Of a stretch of 64,000 nt of DNA, positions 39,861 through 50,803 are shown piece after piece. The stretch lies in contig CBDUZE010000013.1 of assembly GCA_965371625.1 (NCBI GenBank), positions 34,107 to 98,106 on the forward strand. Reading direction: 5' to 3'. Positions within the stretch are counted from its first letter, which is position 1. Every line of letters begins with the position of its first letter. The notes beneath the pieces were generated by a model. That model ran no database searches, was not told where the DNA came from, and was given only the letters and a program-made list of their open reading frames with translations. The stretch is from an uncultured Alphaproteobacteria bacterium. GTDB lineage: Bacteria; Pseudomonadota; Alphaproteobacteria; CBDUZE01. A program made the translations under genes and the position numbers.

Positions 39861-40646
39861 ATGGAGATCGACGGCGCGGTCGCCATCGTCACCGGCTCGG
39901 CCACCGGTATCGGCGCCGCCACGGCGCGGCTCTTGGCGTCGAAGGGCTGCAACCTGGTCGTCAACTACACCAAAAGCGAACGCGAAGCGGAAGAGACCGC
40001 GGCGGCCTGCGAGGCGGCCGGTGCCGAGGCGCTCTTGTGCCGCGCCGACGTCGCCGAGGACGGGGACTGCCGGCGCCTGGCGGCGGCGGCGTTCGAGCGC
40101 TGGGGCCGCGTCGATGCGCTGGTCAACAACGCCGGGGTCACCAAGTACGTGGCCTTCGAGGATCTGGAGGGCCTGAGCGCCGAGGACTTCCAGCGCCTCT
40201 ACGCCGTCAACGTCATCGGCGCCTACCAGATGACCCGGGCGGTGGCGCCCCACATGACGGCGGCGGGCCAGGGCGCCATCGTCAACGTCTCCTCGATCAC
40301 CGGGGTGATGGGGGTGGGAAGCTCGATCGCCTACGCGGCGTCCAAGGGGGCGCTCAACACCATGACGCTGGCGCTGGCCCGGGCGCTGGCGCCTGAGATC
40401 CGCGTCAACGCCGTGTGCCCGGGCTTCGTGCAGACGCGCTGGACCATCGACGGCGCGGGCCTCGAGGCCTACGAGCGGCAGAAGGCCCACCACGAGAAGC
40501 GCACGCCGCTCAAGCTCGCCGGCACGCCCGAGGAGATCGCCAAGGCGGTGGTGTTCTTCGTCGAGGGCGCCGACCACGTCACCGGCGAGATCCTCATCAT
40601 CGACGCCGGCTGGCACCTCGGCGGGGCGCCGCTCGTGGCGCGCTGG
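39861..40646 (+). CDS. SDR oxidoreductase; expected stop reads TGG, so the formal ORF runs on to 41696
   Basis: TGSATGIG, VNNAG, YAASK, VNAVCPG; SDR fold ends at ..GEILIIDAGWHLGGAPLVAR. Confidence 0.85.
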
Positions 40647-40652
40647 GGGGCC

Positions 40653-42104
<1,452 letters not shown>

Positions 42105-42106
42105 GG

Positions 42107-43729
42107 CTAGCCGCTCTCGCGCAGGCGGAAGCGCTGCAATTTGCCGCTCTCGGTCTTCGGGAGGGCGTCCCTGAACTCGATCGATCGCGGGTACTTGTAG
42201 GGGGCGATCTCGGCCTTGACGAAATCCTGCAGCTCGGCCGCCGTGGCCTCGTTGGCGTCGCCCTGGTGGCGCAGCACCACGAAGGCCTTGACGACCTGGC
42301 CGCGCTCGGGATCGGGCGCGCCCACGACGGCGCATTCCAGCACCTTGGGGTGCTCGAGGAGCACCGCCTCGATCTCGGGCCCGGCGATGTTGTAGCCCGC
42401 CGAGATGATCATGTCGTCGGTGCGGGCCTGGTACCAGAAGTAGCCCTCCTCATCGACCCGGTAGGCGTCGCCGGTGAGGTTCCAGCCCCCCTGCACATAG
42501 GTCGCCTGGCGCTCCGCGTCGTCGAGGTAGCGGCAGCCGGTGGGCCCGCGCACCGCCAGCCGGCCGATCTCTCCCGGCCCCAACGGCTCGCCCCGGTCGT
42601 CGAGCACGCGGGCCTCATACCCCGGGATCGCCTTGCCGGTGGCGCCGGGGCGGATGTCGTCGCCCGCGCAGGCGATGAAGATGTGCAGCATCTCGGTCGA
42701 GCCGATGCCGTCGATGATCTTGATCCCCGTCGCCTTCTCCCAGGCCAGATAGGTCGCCGCCGGCAGGGTCTCGCCGGCCGAGACGCATTTCTTCAGCGAC
42801 GAGAGGTCGTGATCGGGCACCAGGTCGGTCATCGCCCGGTAGCCGGTGGGGGCGGTGAAGAGCACGCTGACGCGACGCCGCGCGATGGTCTCCATCAGCG
42901 ATTGCGGCGTGAACTGCTCAAAGAGCACCGTCGCGGCGCCGGCGTGCATGGGAAAGGCGAGGTTGGCGCCGAGCCCGAAGGTGAAGGCCAGGGGCGGCGA
43001 GCCGGCGAAGACATCCTCCTCGTCGGGCCTCAGCACGTAGCGCGAGAAGGTGTCGCAGATGGCCAGGATGTCGCGGTGGCAATGCATGCAGCCCTTGGGC
43101 TGGCCGGTGGTGCCCGAGGTGAAGGCGATCAGCGCCACGTCGTCGGCGGCGGTGTCCAGGTTCTCGAAATCGCCGGATTTGCCGGCCATGCGGGCCTCGA
43201 GCGAGCCGGGCCCGCCGCCACCCCAGTAGACGATGGTCTCGAGCTCGGCCGAGCGCGCCCTGGTCTCCTCGAGCTCCGCCGCGAGCCGGTGGTCGCAGAG
43301 CGCGATAGCGACCCGCGCCTTGTCGGCGATGTAGGTGAGCTCGCGGCTCCTGAGCAGCGGCATGGTGGCGACCGCGACCGCGCCCACCTTCTGGAGCGCC
43401 AGCCAGCAGGCGGCGTAGGTGGGGTTGTTGGCCGAGCGCAGCATCACCCGGTTGCCCGGCACCACGCCCAAGTCGTCGGTGAGCACCCGGGCGACGCGGT
43501 TGGCCTTGTCGAGGAGCTCGTCGTAGCTCCAGGTCTCATCGCCGAAGTGGTAGGCGGGGCGGGCGCCGAAGCGTTCCGCTTGGCGGTCGATGAGCTCGGT
43601 GGCGCAGTTCATGCGCCCCGGGTAGGCCGCGGTCTCAGGCGTCCCGGAGAGGTCGAGCAGCGGCAAGCACTCGGGTGGTGGCAGGTGGTCGCGGGCGAAG
43701 CTGTCGGCGTGGGCGCTGCTCTCAGCCAT
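42107..43729 (-). CDS. 2-aminobenzoate/benzoate-CoA ligase family (AbmG-like)
   Basis: SAHADSFARDHLPP N-terminus, AFTSGTTGQPKGCMH, GSPPLAFTFGLG, DGIGSTEMLHIF, KTESGK. Confidence 0.88.
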   Translation of the reverse strand: MAESSAHADSFARDHLPPPECLPLLDLSGTPETAAYPGRMNCATELIDRQAERFGARPAYHFGDETWSYDELLDKANRVARVLTDDLGVVPGNRVMLRSANNPTYAACWLALQKVGAVAVATMPLLRSRELTYIADKARVAIALCDHRLAAELEETRARSAELETIVYWGGGGPGSLEARMAGKSGDFENLDTAADDVALIAFTSGTTGQPKGCMHCHRDILAICDTFSRYVLRPDEEDVFAGSPPLAFTFGLGANLAFPMHAGAATVLFEQFTPQSLMETIARRRVSVLFTAPTGYRAMTDLVPDHDLSSLKKCVSAGETLPAATYLAWEKATGIKIIDGIGSTEMLHIFIACAGDDIRPGATGKAIPGYEARVLDDRGEPLGPGEIGRLAVRGPTGCRYLDDAERQATYVQGGWNLTGDAYRVDEEGYFWYQARTDDMIISAGYNIAGPEIEAVLLEHPKVLECAVVGAPDPERGQVVKAFVVLRHQGDANEATAAELQDFVKAEIAPYKYPRSIEFRDALPKTESGKLQRFRLRESG

Positions 43730-45191
43730 GCTCGGCGATCTCTTGACCGGCCTGTGCTCCGGCCAGGTCCGGCATCGGCATGGCGATAGCGACGCTGTTG
43801 GACGGCGGGCTGGTGCGGCCTCCCTTGTCGAAGGCCTTGACATGGTAGGTGTAGCGCAATCCCCCCAGCACCAGGCGGTCCGAGAAACGGCTGCCCTTTA
43901 CCGCCTCGACGCAGCTCACGGCGCCCTCGTCCTCGGCGCGGTAGATGTCGTAGCCGCCGATGTCGTCGCCTTCGGCGCGGTGCCAGGTCAAGGTGACGCG
44001 GCCCTTCTCGACGGTGGCCGCGAGCCCGGCCCCTTGTGGCGGCCAGCGCGGGTTCTCGCCCGCCGCATCGTCGAGCGGCGCCTGCAGCGCGCCCTTGGGC
44101 CACAGGAAGCAGGTCACCTGGTGGAAGTTCTCGTCGAGCTGCTTGCAGACGTTGCACCAGATGCAGCGCACGATCTGGTCGGTCCGGCCCTCCTCGAGCT
44201 TCTTCACCCAGTCGGGATCGGTGAGCAACTGGCGCGCCATGCCGATGAGGTCGGCGCGTCCCTCGAGCAGCAGTCCCTCGGCCTCGTCGGGGTCGCTGAT
44301 CTTGCCCACCGAGACCACGGGCACGGCAAAGCCCTTGTCGTTGATGTAGCGCTTGATGGCCTCGGCCAAGTGGGCGTGGGGCAGCGGCGGGTACCAGTCG
44401 CCCGGCATACAGCGGTCGCCCGAGTAGCCGGTGTATGGATAGAGGGGCTGGCCCTCGCGGTGCTGGGCGTCCTCGAACTTGCCGCCCACCGAGAGCGAGA
44501 TGTAGTCGACTCCGGTTTGCGCCGCCCTCAGCGCGATGAGCTTGGCCTCCTCGACGGTGTAGCCGTCCTTGACCGCCTCCTCGGCGAGGAAGCGCATGCC
44601 GACGGGAAAGTCGGCGCCCACCTTGCCGCGCACCCGGTTCATGACCTCGCCGAAGAGGCGCAGCCGGCCCTCCAGGGTACGCCCGTCGTATTGGTCGCGG
44701 CGCCGGTTGTGGCGCGAGAAGAACGACGACAGCGTGTAGGCGTGGGCAGCGTGGAGCTCGACTCCGTCGTAGCCCGCCTCGCGGGCCCGCGCCGCGGCCG
44801 CGGCGAACTGCTCGACGATGTGCTCGATGTCGTCGGCCGAGAGCGACTCGATCTTCTGGCGCCAGCCCGAGCGCGCCACCTTCATGAAGTGGATGATCTG
44901 GGGCACCACCTTGGAATCCGAGGCCTCGTGGACGCGCTTCACCAGCTCGGCGTGGCCGGGGATGAAGGCATCGTCCGAGAGCCGCAACAGGGGCCCCGAC
45001 TTGGCCTCGTGCACCGCCGTCGCCTCGACCACGATGAGGCCGACGTGGCCCTCGGCATAACCCAGGTAGCGCTCGATCACGCCCTCGTTGACCAAGCCGT
45101 CCTCGCCCGAGAGCCGGGTCACCATGGCCGGCACCACCACCCGGTTGGGGATCACCATGCCGTTGATGTCGAGGGGCTCGAGAAGCTTCAT
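43722..45191 (-). CDS. NADH:flavin oxidoreductase (OYE barrel + 4-Cys motif) fused to a C-terminal FN3-like domain
   Basis: PNRVVVPAM, GYDGVELHAAHAY, GMARQLLTDPDW, CIWCNVC-x11-C; tail VTLTW..GYDIYR..YTYHVKAFD..S.PSN. Confidence 0.85.
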   Translation of the reverse strand: MKLLEPLDINGMVIPNRVVVPAMVTRLSGEDGLVNEGVIERYLGYAEGHVGLIVVEATAVHEAKSGPLLRLSDDAFIPGHAELVKRVHEASDSKVVPQIIHFMKVARSGWRQKIESLSADDIEHIVEQFAAAAARAREAGYDGVELHAAHAYTLSSFFSRHNRRRDQYDGRTLEGRLRLFGEVMNRVRGKVGADFPVGMRFLAEEAVKDGYTVEEAKLIALRAAQTGVDYISLSVGGKFEDAQHREGQPLYPYTGYSGDRCMPGDWYPPLPHAHLAEAIKRYINDKGFAVPVVSVGKISDPDEAEGLLLEGRADLIGMARQLLTDPDWVKKLEEGRTDQIVRCIWCNVCKQLDENFHQVTCFLWPKGALQAPLDDAAGENPRWPPQGAGLAATVEKGRVTLTWHRAEGDDIGGYDIYRAEDEGAVSCVEAVKGSRFSDRLVLGGLRYTYHVKAFDKGGRTSPPSNSVAIAMPMPDLAGAQAGQEIAEHG

Positions 45192-45207
45192 GGCCCGAGC
45201 TGCGGCC

Positions 45208-46410
45208 CTAGCCCTCGGGCGCCGCCTTGGGCGCGACGCGGGTTTGGCCATGGGCGCTGAGCACCTGGCGGGCGATCACCAGCTTGTTGATCTCGGTGGT
45301 GCCCTCGTAGATGCGCAAGGCGCGCACCTCGCGGTAGAGGCGCTCGACCGGCACCCCGGCGACCACGCCGAGGCCGCCGAAGATCTGCACCGCCTGGTCG
45401 ACCACGCGCTGCGCCGCTTCCGTGGCGTACATCTTGGCCATCGAGGACTCGCGCGTCACCCGGGCGGCCTGGGTGTCGCGGGTCCAGGCCGAGCGGTAGA
45501 CCAGCAGCGCGCTGGCGTCGATCTCGGTGGCCATGTCGGCGAGCTTCGCCTGGATGAGCTGGAACTCGGCGATCGGTTGGCCGAAGGCGCGCCGCGACTG
45601 GGCCCGGGCGAGGGCCTCGTCGAGCGCCCGCCGGGCCAAGCCGAGGGCGGCGGCGCCCACCGAGGAGCGGAAGATGTCGAGCGTCGCCATGGCCACCTTG
45701 AAGCCCTGGCCGGGCGTGCCCAGGAGGCGCTCCCGGGGCACCGGGCAGTCGCTGAAGCTCACGGTGCCGATGGGGTGGGGGGCGATCAGCTTGATGCGCT
45801 CGCTGACCTCGAGCCCGGGGCTGTCGGCGTCGACCACGAAGGCCGAGAGCCCGCGCGCGCCCTCGTCGCTGGTGCGGGCGAAGACCACGTAGTGGTCGGC
45901 GATGCCGGCGTTCGAGATCCAGGTCTTGGCGCCGTTCAGCACGTAGCCGTCGCCGTCGGCCTCGGCCCGGGTGGCGATCGCCGCCACGTCGGAGCCGGCC
46001 TCGGGCTCGGACAGCGCGAAGGCGGCGATGCGTTCGCCGCGCGCCACCGCCGGCAGGTAGGCACGCTTGACCTCGTCCGAGCCGAACAGCGCGATCGGGC
46101 CGGTGCCGAGCCCCTGCATGGCGAAGGCGAAGTCGGCGAGGCCCGAGCTCCGGGCCAGGATCTCGCGGCACAGGCAGAGTGCGCGCACGTCGAGCCCGTC
46201 CCCGGCGCCGCCGTCGGCCGCGGCCACGCAATGGTCGAGCCAGCCGGCGGCGCCGAGCTTGGCGACGAGGCGGCGGCAGTGACCGTCGACGTCGTCCTCG
46301 TCATCGCCCTCCGGCGCGATCTCGGCCGCCGTCCAGGCCTCGAGCTCGGCGGCGAGGCGGCGGTGTCGGTCGTCGAGGAAGGGCCAGTCGAGGAAGCTCC
46401 GGTCGGCCAT
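45208..46410 (-). CDS. Acyl-CoA dehydrogenase (abm-cluster type)
   Basis: [40 protein letters not shown]. Confidence 0.93.
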   Translation of the reverse strand: MADRSFLDWPFLDDRHRRLAAELEAWTAAEIAPEGDDEDDVDGHCRRLVAKLGAAGWLDHCVAAADGGAGDGLDVRALCLCREILARSSGLADFAFAMQGLGTGPIALFGSDEVKRAYLPAVARGERIAAFALSEPEAGSDVAAIATRAEADGDGYVLNGAKTWISNAGIADHYVVFARTSDEGARGLSAFVVDADSPGLEVSERIKLIAPHPIGTVSFSDCPVPRERLLGTPGQGFKVAMATLDIFRSSVGAAALGLARRALDEALARAQSRRAFGQPIAEFQLIQAKLADMATEIDASALLVYRSAWTRDTQAARVTRESSMAKMYATEAAQRVVDQAVQIFGGLGVVAGVPVERLYREVRALRIYEGTTEINKLVIARQVLSAHGQTRVAPKAAPEG

Positions 46411-47219
46411 CAGTTGCCCTCGAAGACGGGGCGCTCCTTCTTGACGAAGGCCTCGTAGGCGCGCCGGAAGTCCCCGGTCTGCATGCAGATGGCCTGGGCC
46501 TCGGCCTCGGCCTCGATGGCCTCGTCGACCCCCATGTTCCACTCCTGGTGCAGCGTCTTCTTGGTCATGGCGTGGGCGAAGCCGGGGCCGCTGGCGAGGC
46601 GGGCGGCCAAGGCCTGGGCCTCGGCCAGGACCTCGTCGGGCTCGCAGAGCCGATTGTAGAAGCCCCAGCGCTCGGCCTCGTCGCCGGCCATGGCGCGCCC
46701 GGTGTACAACAGCTCCGAGGCCCGCCCCTGGCCGATGATGCGGGGCAGGATGGCGCAGGCCCCCATGTCGCAGCCCGCCAGCCCGACACGGGTGAAGAGG
46801 AAGGCGACCTTCGAGCGCGCGGTGCCGAAGCGCAGGTCGGTGGCCATGGCGATGCAGGCGCCGGCGCCGGCGCAGATGCCGTCGATAGCGGCGATCACGG
46901 GCTGGGGGCAGGCGCGGATGGCCTTGACCAGGTCCCCGGTCATGCGGGTGAACTTCAAGAGCTCGGGCATCTCCATCGCCACCAGGGGCCCGATGATGTC
47001 GTGGACGTCGCCGCCCGAGCAGAAGTTGCCCTCGGCGCCGGTGAACACCACCGCCCGCACCTCGTCGGCGTCGCCGAGCGCGCCAAAGGTGTCGCGCAGC
47101 TCGGCGTAGGAGTCGAAGGTGAGCGGGTTCTTGCGCTCGGGCCGATTGAGGGTGACGGTGGCGACGCCGCCGTCGAAGGACCAGTCGAAGTGCTGGGGTT
47201 GGAAGCTTTGTGGTTTCAT
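46410..47219 (-). CDS. Enoyl-CoA hydratase (abm-cluster type)
   Basis: [38 protein letters not shown]. Confidence 0.93.
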   Translation of the reverse strand: MKPQSFQPQHFDWSFDGGVATVTLNRPERKNPLTFDSYAELRDTFGALGDADEVRAVVFTGAEGNFCSGGDVHDIIGPLVAMEMPELLKFTRMTGDLVKAIRACPQPVIAAIDGICAGAGACIAMATDLRFGTARSKVAFLFTRVGLAGCDMGACAILPRIIGQGRASELLYTGRAMAGDEAERWGFYNRLCEPDEVLAEAQALAARLASGPGFAHAMTKKTLHQEWNMGVDEAIEAEAEAQAICMQTGDFRRAYEAFVKKERPVFEGN

Positions 47220-47731
47220 GTTCTTCCTTGGTCCGATTGAGAGAGGTCGAGGGCGGCGCGGAGCCGGCCCAGGAGCTCGAGGAGCTGGCGCGTGTCCTCG
47301 GCCCCCAGGCCCGACATGATATCGACGATCCAGGCCTCGTGAGCCGGGGCCATGGCGTCGAAGGCCTTTATTCCGGCGGGCGTCAGGCGGACCATCTGCT
47401 TGCGGCGGTCGCCCGGGGCGGTCTCGCGGCTCACCAGGCCCTCGTTGGCGAGCCGGTCGATGAGCCCGGTGACGTTGCCGTTCGAGACCATCAGCCGGCG
47501 CGACAGGTCGCCCATCCACAGGCCCTCGGGCGCCCGGTCGAGCTGGGCCAGGACGTCGAAGCGGGGCAGGGTGGTGTCGAACTCCTCGCGGAAGCCGGAG
47601 CGTACGCGGCGCTCGATCAGCCCCGAGCAGGCCAGCAGGCGCAGCCACAGCCTGAGCTCGGCCTTATTAGCGGGCTTTGGGTCGGCGCGCAGTGGCTCGG
47701 CGCGCCCCGGCTCGGCAGGCTGGCCCGTCAC
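47216..47731 (-). CDS. MarR family regulator
   Basis: [36 protein letters not shown]; GTG start overlaps the SDR stop. Confidence 0.92.
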   Translation of the reverse strand: MTGQPAEPGRAEPLRADPKPANKAELRLWLRLLACSGLIERRVRSGFREEFDTTLPRFDVLAQLDRAPEGLWMGDLSRRLMVSNGNVTGLIDRLANEGLVSRETAPGDRRKQMVRLTPAGIKAFDAMAPAHEAWIVDIMSGLGAEDTRQLLELLGRLRAALDLSQSDQGRT

Positions 47732-48552
47732 ATCACCTCTCCGCCGGCCACGGCGATGGCCTGACCGGTGATGGCGGCCGACGAGGGCAGGCACAGCCAG
47801 GCCACCGTCCCGGCCACTTCCGCGGGCTCGATGAGGCGCCCTTGAGGGTTGTGCTTGACCAGCTCGGCGCGGGCCTGCTCGGAGCTGCGCCCGGTCTTGT
47901 CGGCGATGTTGGCGATGGCCTCGGCGGTGATGTCGGTGTCGGTGTAGCCGGGGCAGACCGCGTTGACGGTGATCCCGGTCCGGGCCAGCTCCAGCGCCAG
48001 CGCCCGCGTCAGGCCCACCAGGCCGTGCTTCGAGGCGCAGTAGGCGGCGACGTAGCCGTAACCCACCAGACCGGCGGTGGAGGCGATGTTGACGATGCGC
48101 CCCAGGCCCGCCTCGCGCATCCCCGGCACCACCTGGCGGCAGCACAGGAAGGCGGCGGTGAGGTTGACGCCCAGGGTCTGGCTCCAGAGCGCGAGGTCGG
48201 TCTTGGCGAGCGGCGCGCTCAGCGCCATGCCGGCGTTGTTGACCAGGATCGCGACGCTGCCGAGCTCACCTGCCGCGGCCTCGAAGGCGCGGGCCACCGC
48301 CGCCTCGTCGCTGACGTCGACGGTCTGATGCCCGACCTCGACGGCGCAGGCGTCGGCGATCTCGGCGCGGCGCGCCTCGAGCGTCGTCGTGGTGCGGCCC
48401 ATCAACGTCAGGCGCGCCCCCAGGCGGCCGAGCTCGGCCGCGATCGCCGCCCCGATGCCGCGCCCGCCACCCGTGACCACCGCGTGCTGATCGGCGAGCG
48501 GCGCTTGCGCGGCGGCCGGCTCGCTGGCGATGCTGGCTGTCCGCTCCGCCAT
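47728..48552 (-). CDS. SDR / 3-hydroxyacyl-CoA dehydrogenase (abm-cluster type)
   Basis: [33 protein letters not shown]. Confidence 0.92.
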   Translation of the reverse strand: MAERTASIASEPAAAQAPLADQHAVVTGGGRGIGAAIAAELGRLGARLTLMGRTTTTLEARRAEIADACAVEVGHQTVDVSDEAAVARAFEAAAGELGSVAILVNNAGMALSAPLAKTDLALWSQTLGVNLTAAFLCCRQVVPGMREAGLGRIVNIASTAGLVGYGYVAAYCASKHGLVGLTRALALELARTGITVNAVCPGYTDTDITAEAIANIADKTGRSSEQARAELVKHNPQGRLIEPAEVAGTVAWLCLPSSAAITGQAIAVAGGEVM

Positions 48553-48580
48553 CTCCGCCTGTCCTCGCCGTCCCGTGAAT

Positions 48581-48598
48581 TATTTTAAGCTTAAAATA
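48581..48598. promoter_or_regulatory. Perfect 18-bp palindrome, probable MarR operator
   Basis: tattttaagcttaaaata, 28 nt upstream of the first gene of the MarR-containing operon. Confidence 0.75.
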
Positions 48599-48765
48599 TT
48601 ATTGGCGCGAGCGGAAGGCGGTTTCGGCGCGCCTCCGCGCCGCGTCCGGCGGTGGAGGGCTCCCATGGGGCCGTGTAAGCTCCGCCCGTGTAAGCTGGGC
48701 GGCGACCGGTGGTGCGCGCGGCGGGAGCCGTTGATGATGTTGGCGGAGCGGAGAGACGCGGGCCG

Positions 48766-50367
48766 ATGAACCGCAAGGAGCGGCGGCGGCGCGAGAAGCT
48801 GGCGGCACGGGCCGCCCGGGCGCCGGACCGGGGAAGCGCCCGGGCGGCGCTGGGCACCGCGCTCGAGCATCAGCGGGCGGGGCGGCTCGAGCCCGCCGAG
48901 GCGATCTACCGGCGGGTGCTCCAGGTCGCGCCCGAGAGCGTCGACGCGCTCCATCTCCTGGGCGTGATCGAGCACCACAAGGGCCGCCATCACGAGGCAG
49001 CCGAGCTCATCGGCCGGGCCCTCGACAAGGCGCCCAAGCAAGCCCTGATACACAACTCTCTGGGCATCGTGCTGCGCAGCCTGGGCCGGCTCGACCAGGC
49101 GATGGCCTCGTTCGAGCGCGCCCTGGCCCTCGACGGCGCTCTCGCCGAGGCTCACAACAACCTGGGCCGGGCGCTGCGCTCACAGGGCCGGCTCGACGAG
49201 GCCGTCGCCGCCTTCCGCCACGCCCTCGCCATCGACGGCGGCCAGGTGGAGATCCTCAACAACCTGGGCAACACCTTGCAGAGCCAGGGCCGCCATGACG
49301 AGGCGGATGCCTGCTTCCGCCGCGTCCTGGCGAGCGCGCCGGAGCACATCCCCACGCTCTACAATCTGGCCTTGAGCCACCGCCACGGCCCCGGCGATCC
49401 CGCCATCGCCAAGCTCGAGGACCTGCTCGAGCGCGACACCGCGCCCGGCGATCAGCGCGACCAGCTCCTGTTCGCCCTCGGCAAGGCGTACGACGACCTC
49501 GGCGATCACCCCCGGGCCTTCGACTACTACCGGCGGGCCAACGCCGAGCGCCGCCAGAGCGTCACCTTCGATGCCCGCCACCATCGCGCGCTCGTGGCCG
49601 AGATCGAACGGGCCTTCCCCGCGCCCCACCCCGGCGCCGACGCCCCGGTGCCACGAGGCGCCTGCGTGCCGATCTTCGTCGTGGGCCTGTCGAGGTCGGG
49701 CAAGAGCCTGGTGGAAGCGGTGCTGGCGCGTCACCCGGCGGTGTGCGCCGGCGGCGAGCGGCTCGAACTCGCCGCCGCCATCCGCCAAGCCCTGGAAAGC
49801 GAGGGCCTGGCGGATTCGTTTCCGCGTTATATGGACGGCCTGAGCGAGGCTCGGATCCGGGAGATCGGCCAGCACTACGTGGACAGCGTCTCCCGGGTCT
49901 CGCCCGACTCCCGGTTCTTCGTCAACACCTTGCCCGAGCATGTCTGGTACCTGGGGCTGATCCTGCGGGCGATGCCGGGGGTGCGCGTCATCGCCTGCGA
50001 GCGCGACCCGCTCGACAACTGCCTGTTCGTCTATTTCAAGCGCTACGAGGCCGAGCACGGCTACGCCTACGACCTGGCGGACGCCGCCTCCCACTGCGCC
50101 GACTATCGCGACATGGTGGCCCATTGGCGCGCCCTCTACGGCGAGCGCATCCTGGTGGTGGCCTACGAGGAGCTGGTGCGCGAGCGCGCGGCCACGGCGG
50201 CAAGGCTCTACGCCCACTGCGGTCTCGAGGGCGCGCCAGACTTGGCGCCTGAGACCCTGAGCGCCGACGAGATCGGCTATTGGTGCCGCTACGAGCCCTA
50301 TCTCGAGCCCCTGCGCCGGGCCCTGGCGGAGCGCGCCATCGCGCGCCCCACCGTCAGTCGATCTTGA
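48766..50367 (+). CDS. TPR + sulfotransferase-like domain protein
   Basis: About 6 TPRs; FALGKAYDD; PIFVVGLSRSGKSLVE; RDPLDNC; YEELV. Confidence 0.85.
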   Translation: MNRKERRRREKLAARAARAPDRGSARAALGTALEHQRAGRLEPAEAIYRRVLQVAPESVDALHLLGVIEHHKGRHHEAAELIGRALDKAPKQALIHNSLGIVLRSLGRLDQAMASFERALALDGALAEAHNNLGRALRSQGRLDEAVAAFRHALAIDGGQVEILNNLGNTLQSQGRHDEADACFRRVLASAPEHIPTLYNLALSHRHGPGDPAIAKLEDLLERDTAPGDQRDQLLFALGKAYDDLGDHPRAFDYYRRANAERRQSVTFDARHHRALVAEIERAFPAPHPGADAPVPRGACVPIFVVGLSRSGKSLVEAVLARHPAVCAGGERLELAAAIRQALESEGLADSFPRYMDGLSEARIREIGQHYVDSVSRVSPDSRFFVNTLPEHVWYLGLILRAMPGVRVIACERDPLDNCLFVYFKRYEAEHGYAYDLADAASHCADYRDMVAHWRALYGERILVVAYEELVRERAATAARLYAHCGLEGAPDLAPETLSADEIGYWCRYEPYLEPLRRALAERAIARPTVSRS

Positions 50368-50617
50368 CGCCGAGCTGACCGAGGATCTGCTTGGCGCCGC
50401 CGAGGGTCTGAACGGCCTCTTTGTGTTTGCCGGCTTTGTGCAGGCGCTGGCCCGTATCGCGCAGCGTCATGATCGTGCTCCGGAGGTTGGGATCGAGACC
50501 CGCGTTGGCCGCCAGGGCGGCATCGATCTTGCCGATGTCGACCGGGCACTGAAACCCGAAGGCGGGCGCCGTCAAGCCGATCGCGATCGGCAGCGCCAAC
50601 AGAAGACGTGCTCTCAT
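50354..50617 (-). CDS. Small secreted helical hypothetical protein
   Basis: Signal peptide ..PAFG|FQCP; GGGAGG RBS; HKAGKH motif. Confidence 0.7.
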   Translation of the reverse strand: MRARLLLALPIAIGLTAPAFGFQCPVDIGKIDAALAANAGLDPNLRSTIMTLRDTGQRLHKAGKHKEAVQTLGGAKQILGQLGVKID

Positions 50618-50803
50618 CCCAAACCTCCCATAGGTGACGGGCCAGCTCCGCTGCCCGTCGCGATCTTAAGCACGCCGCCCCGCGCCATCAAGCGACGGCT
50701 CGGGTGGCTCGTCGGCCTGGCGCCGGGGCCAATTCCCCATGCCGCGCCCGCGGCGTTGTTGTAAGGTTGGGCCCATCCGAGCATTTGGCCCAGGAGGCTC
50801 GTC

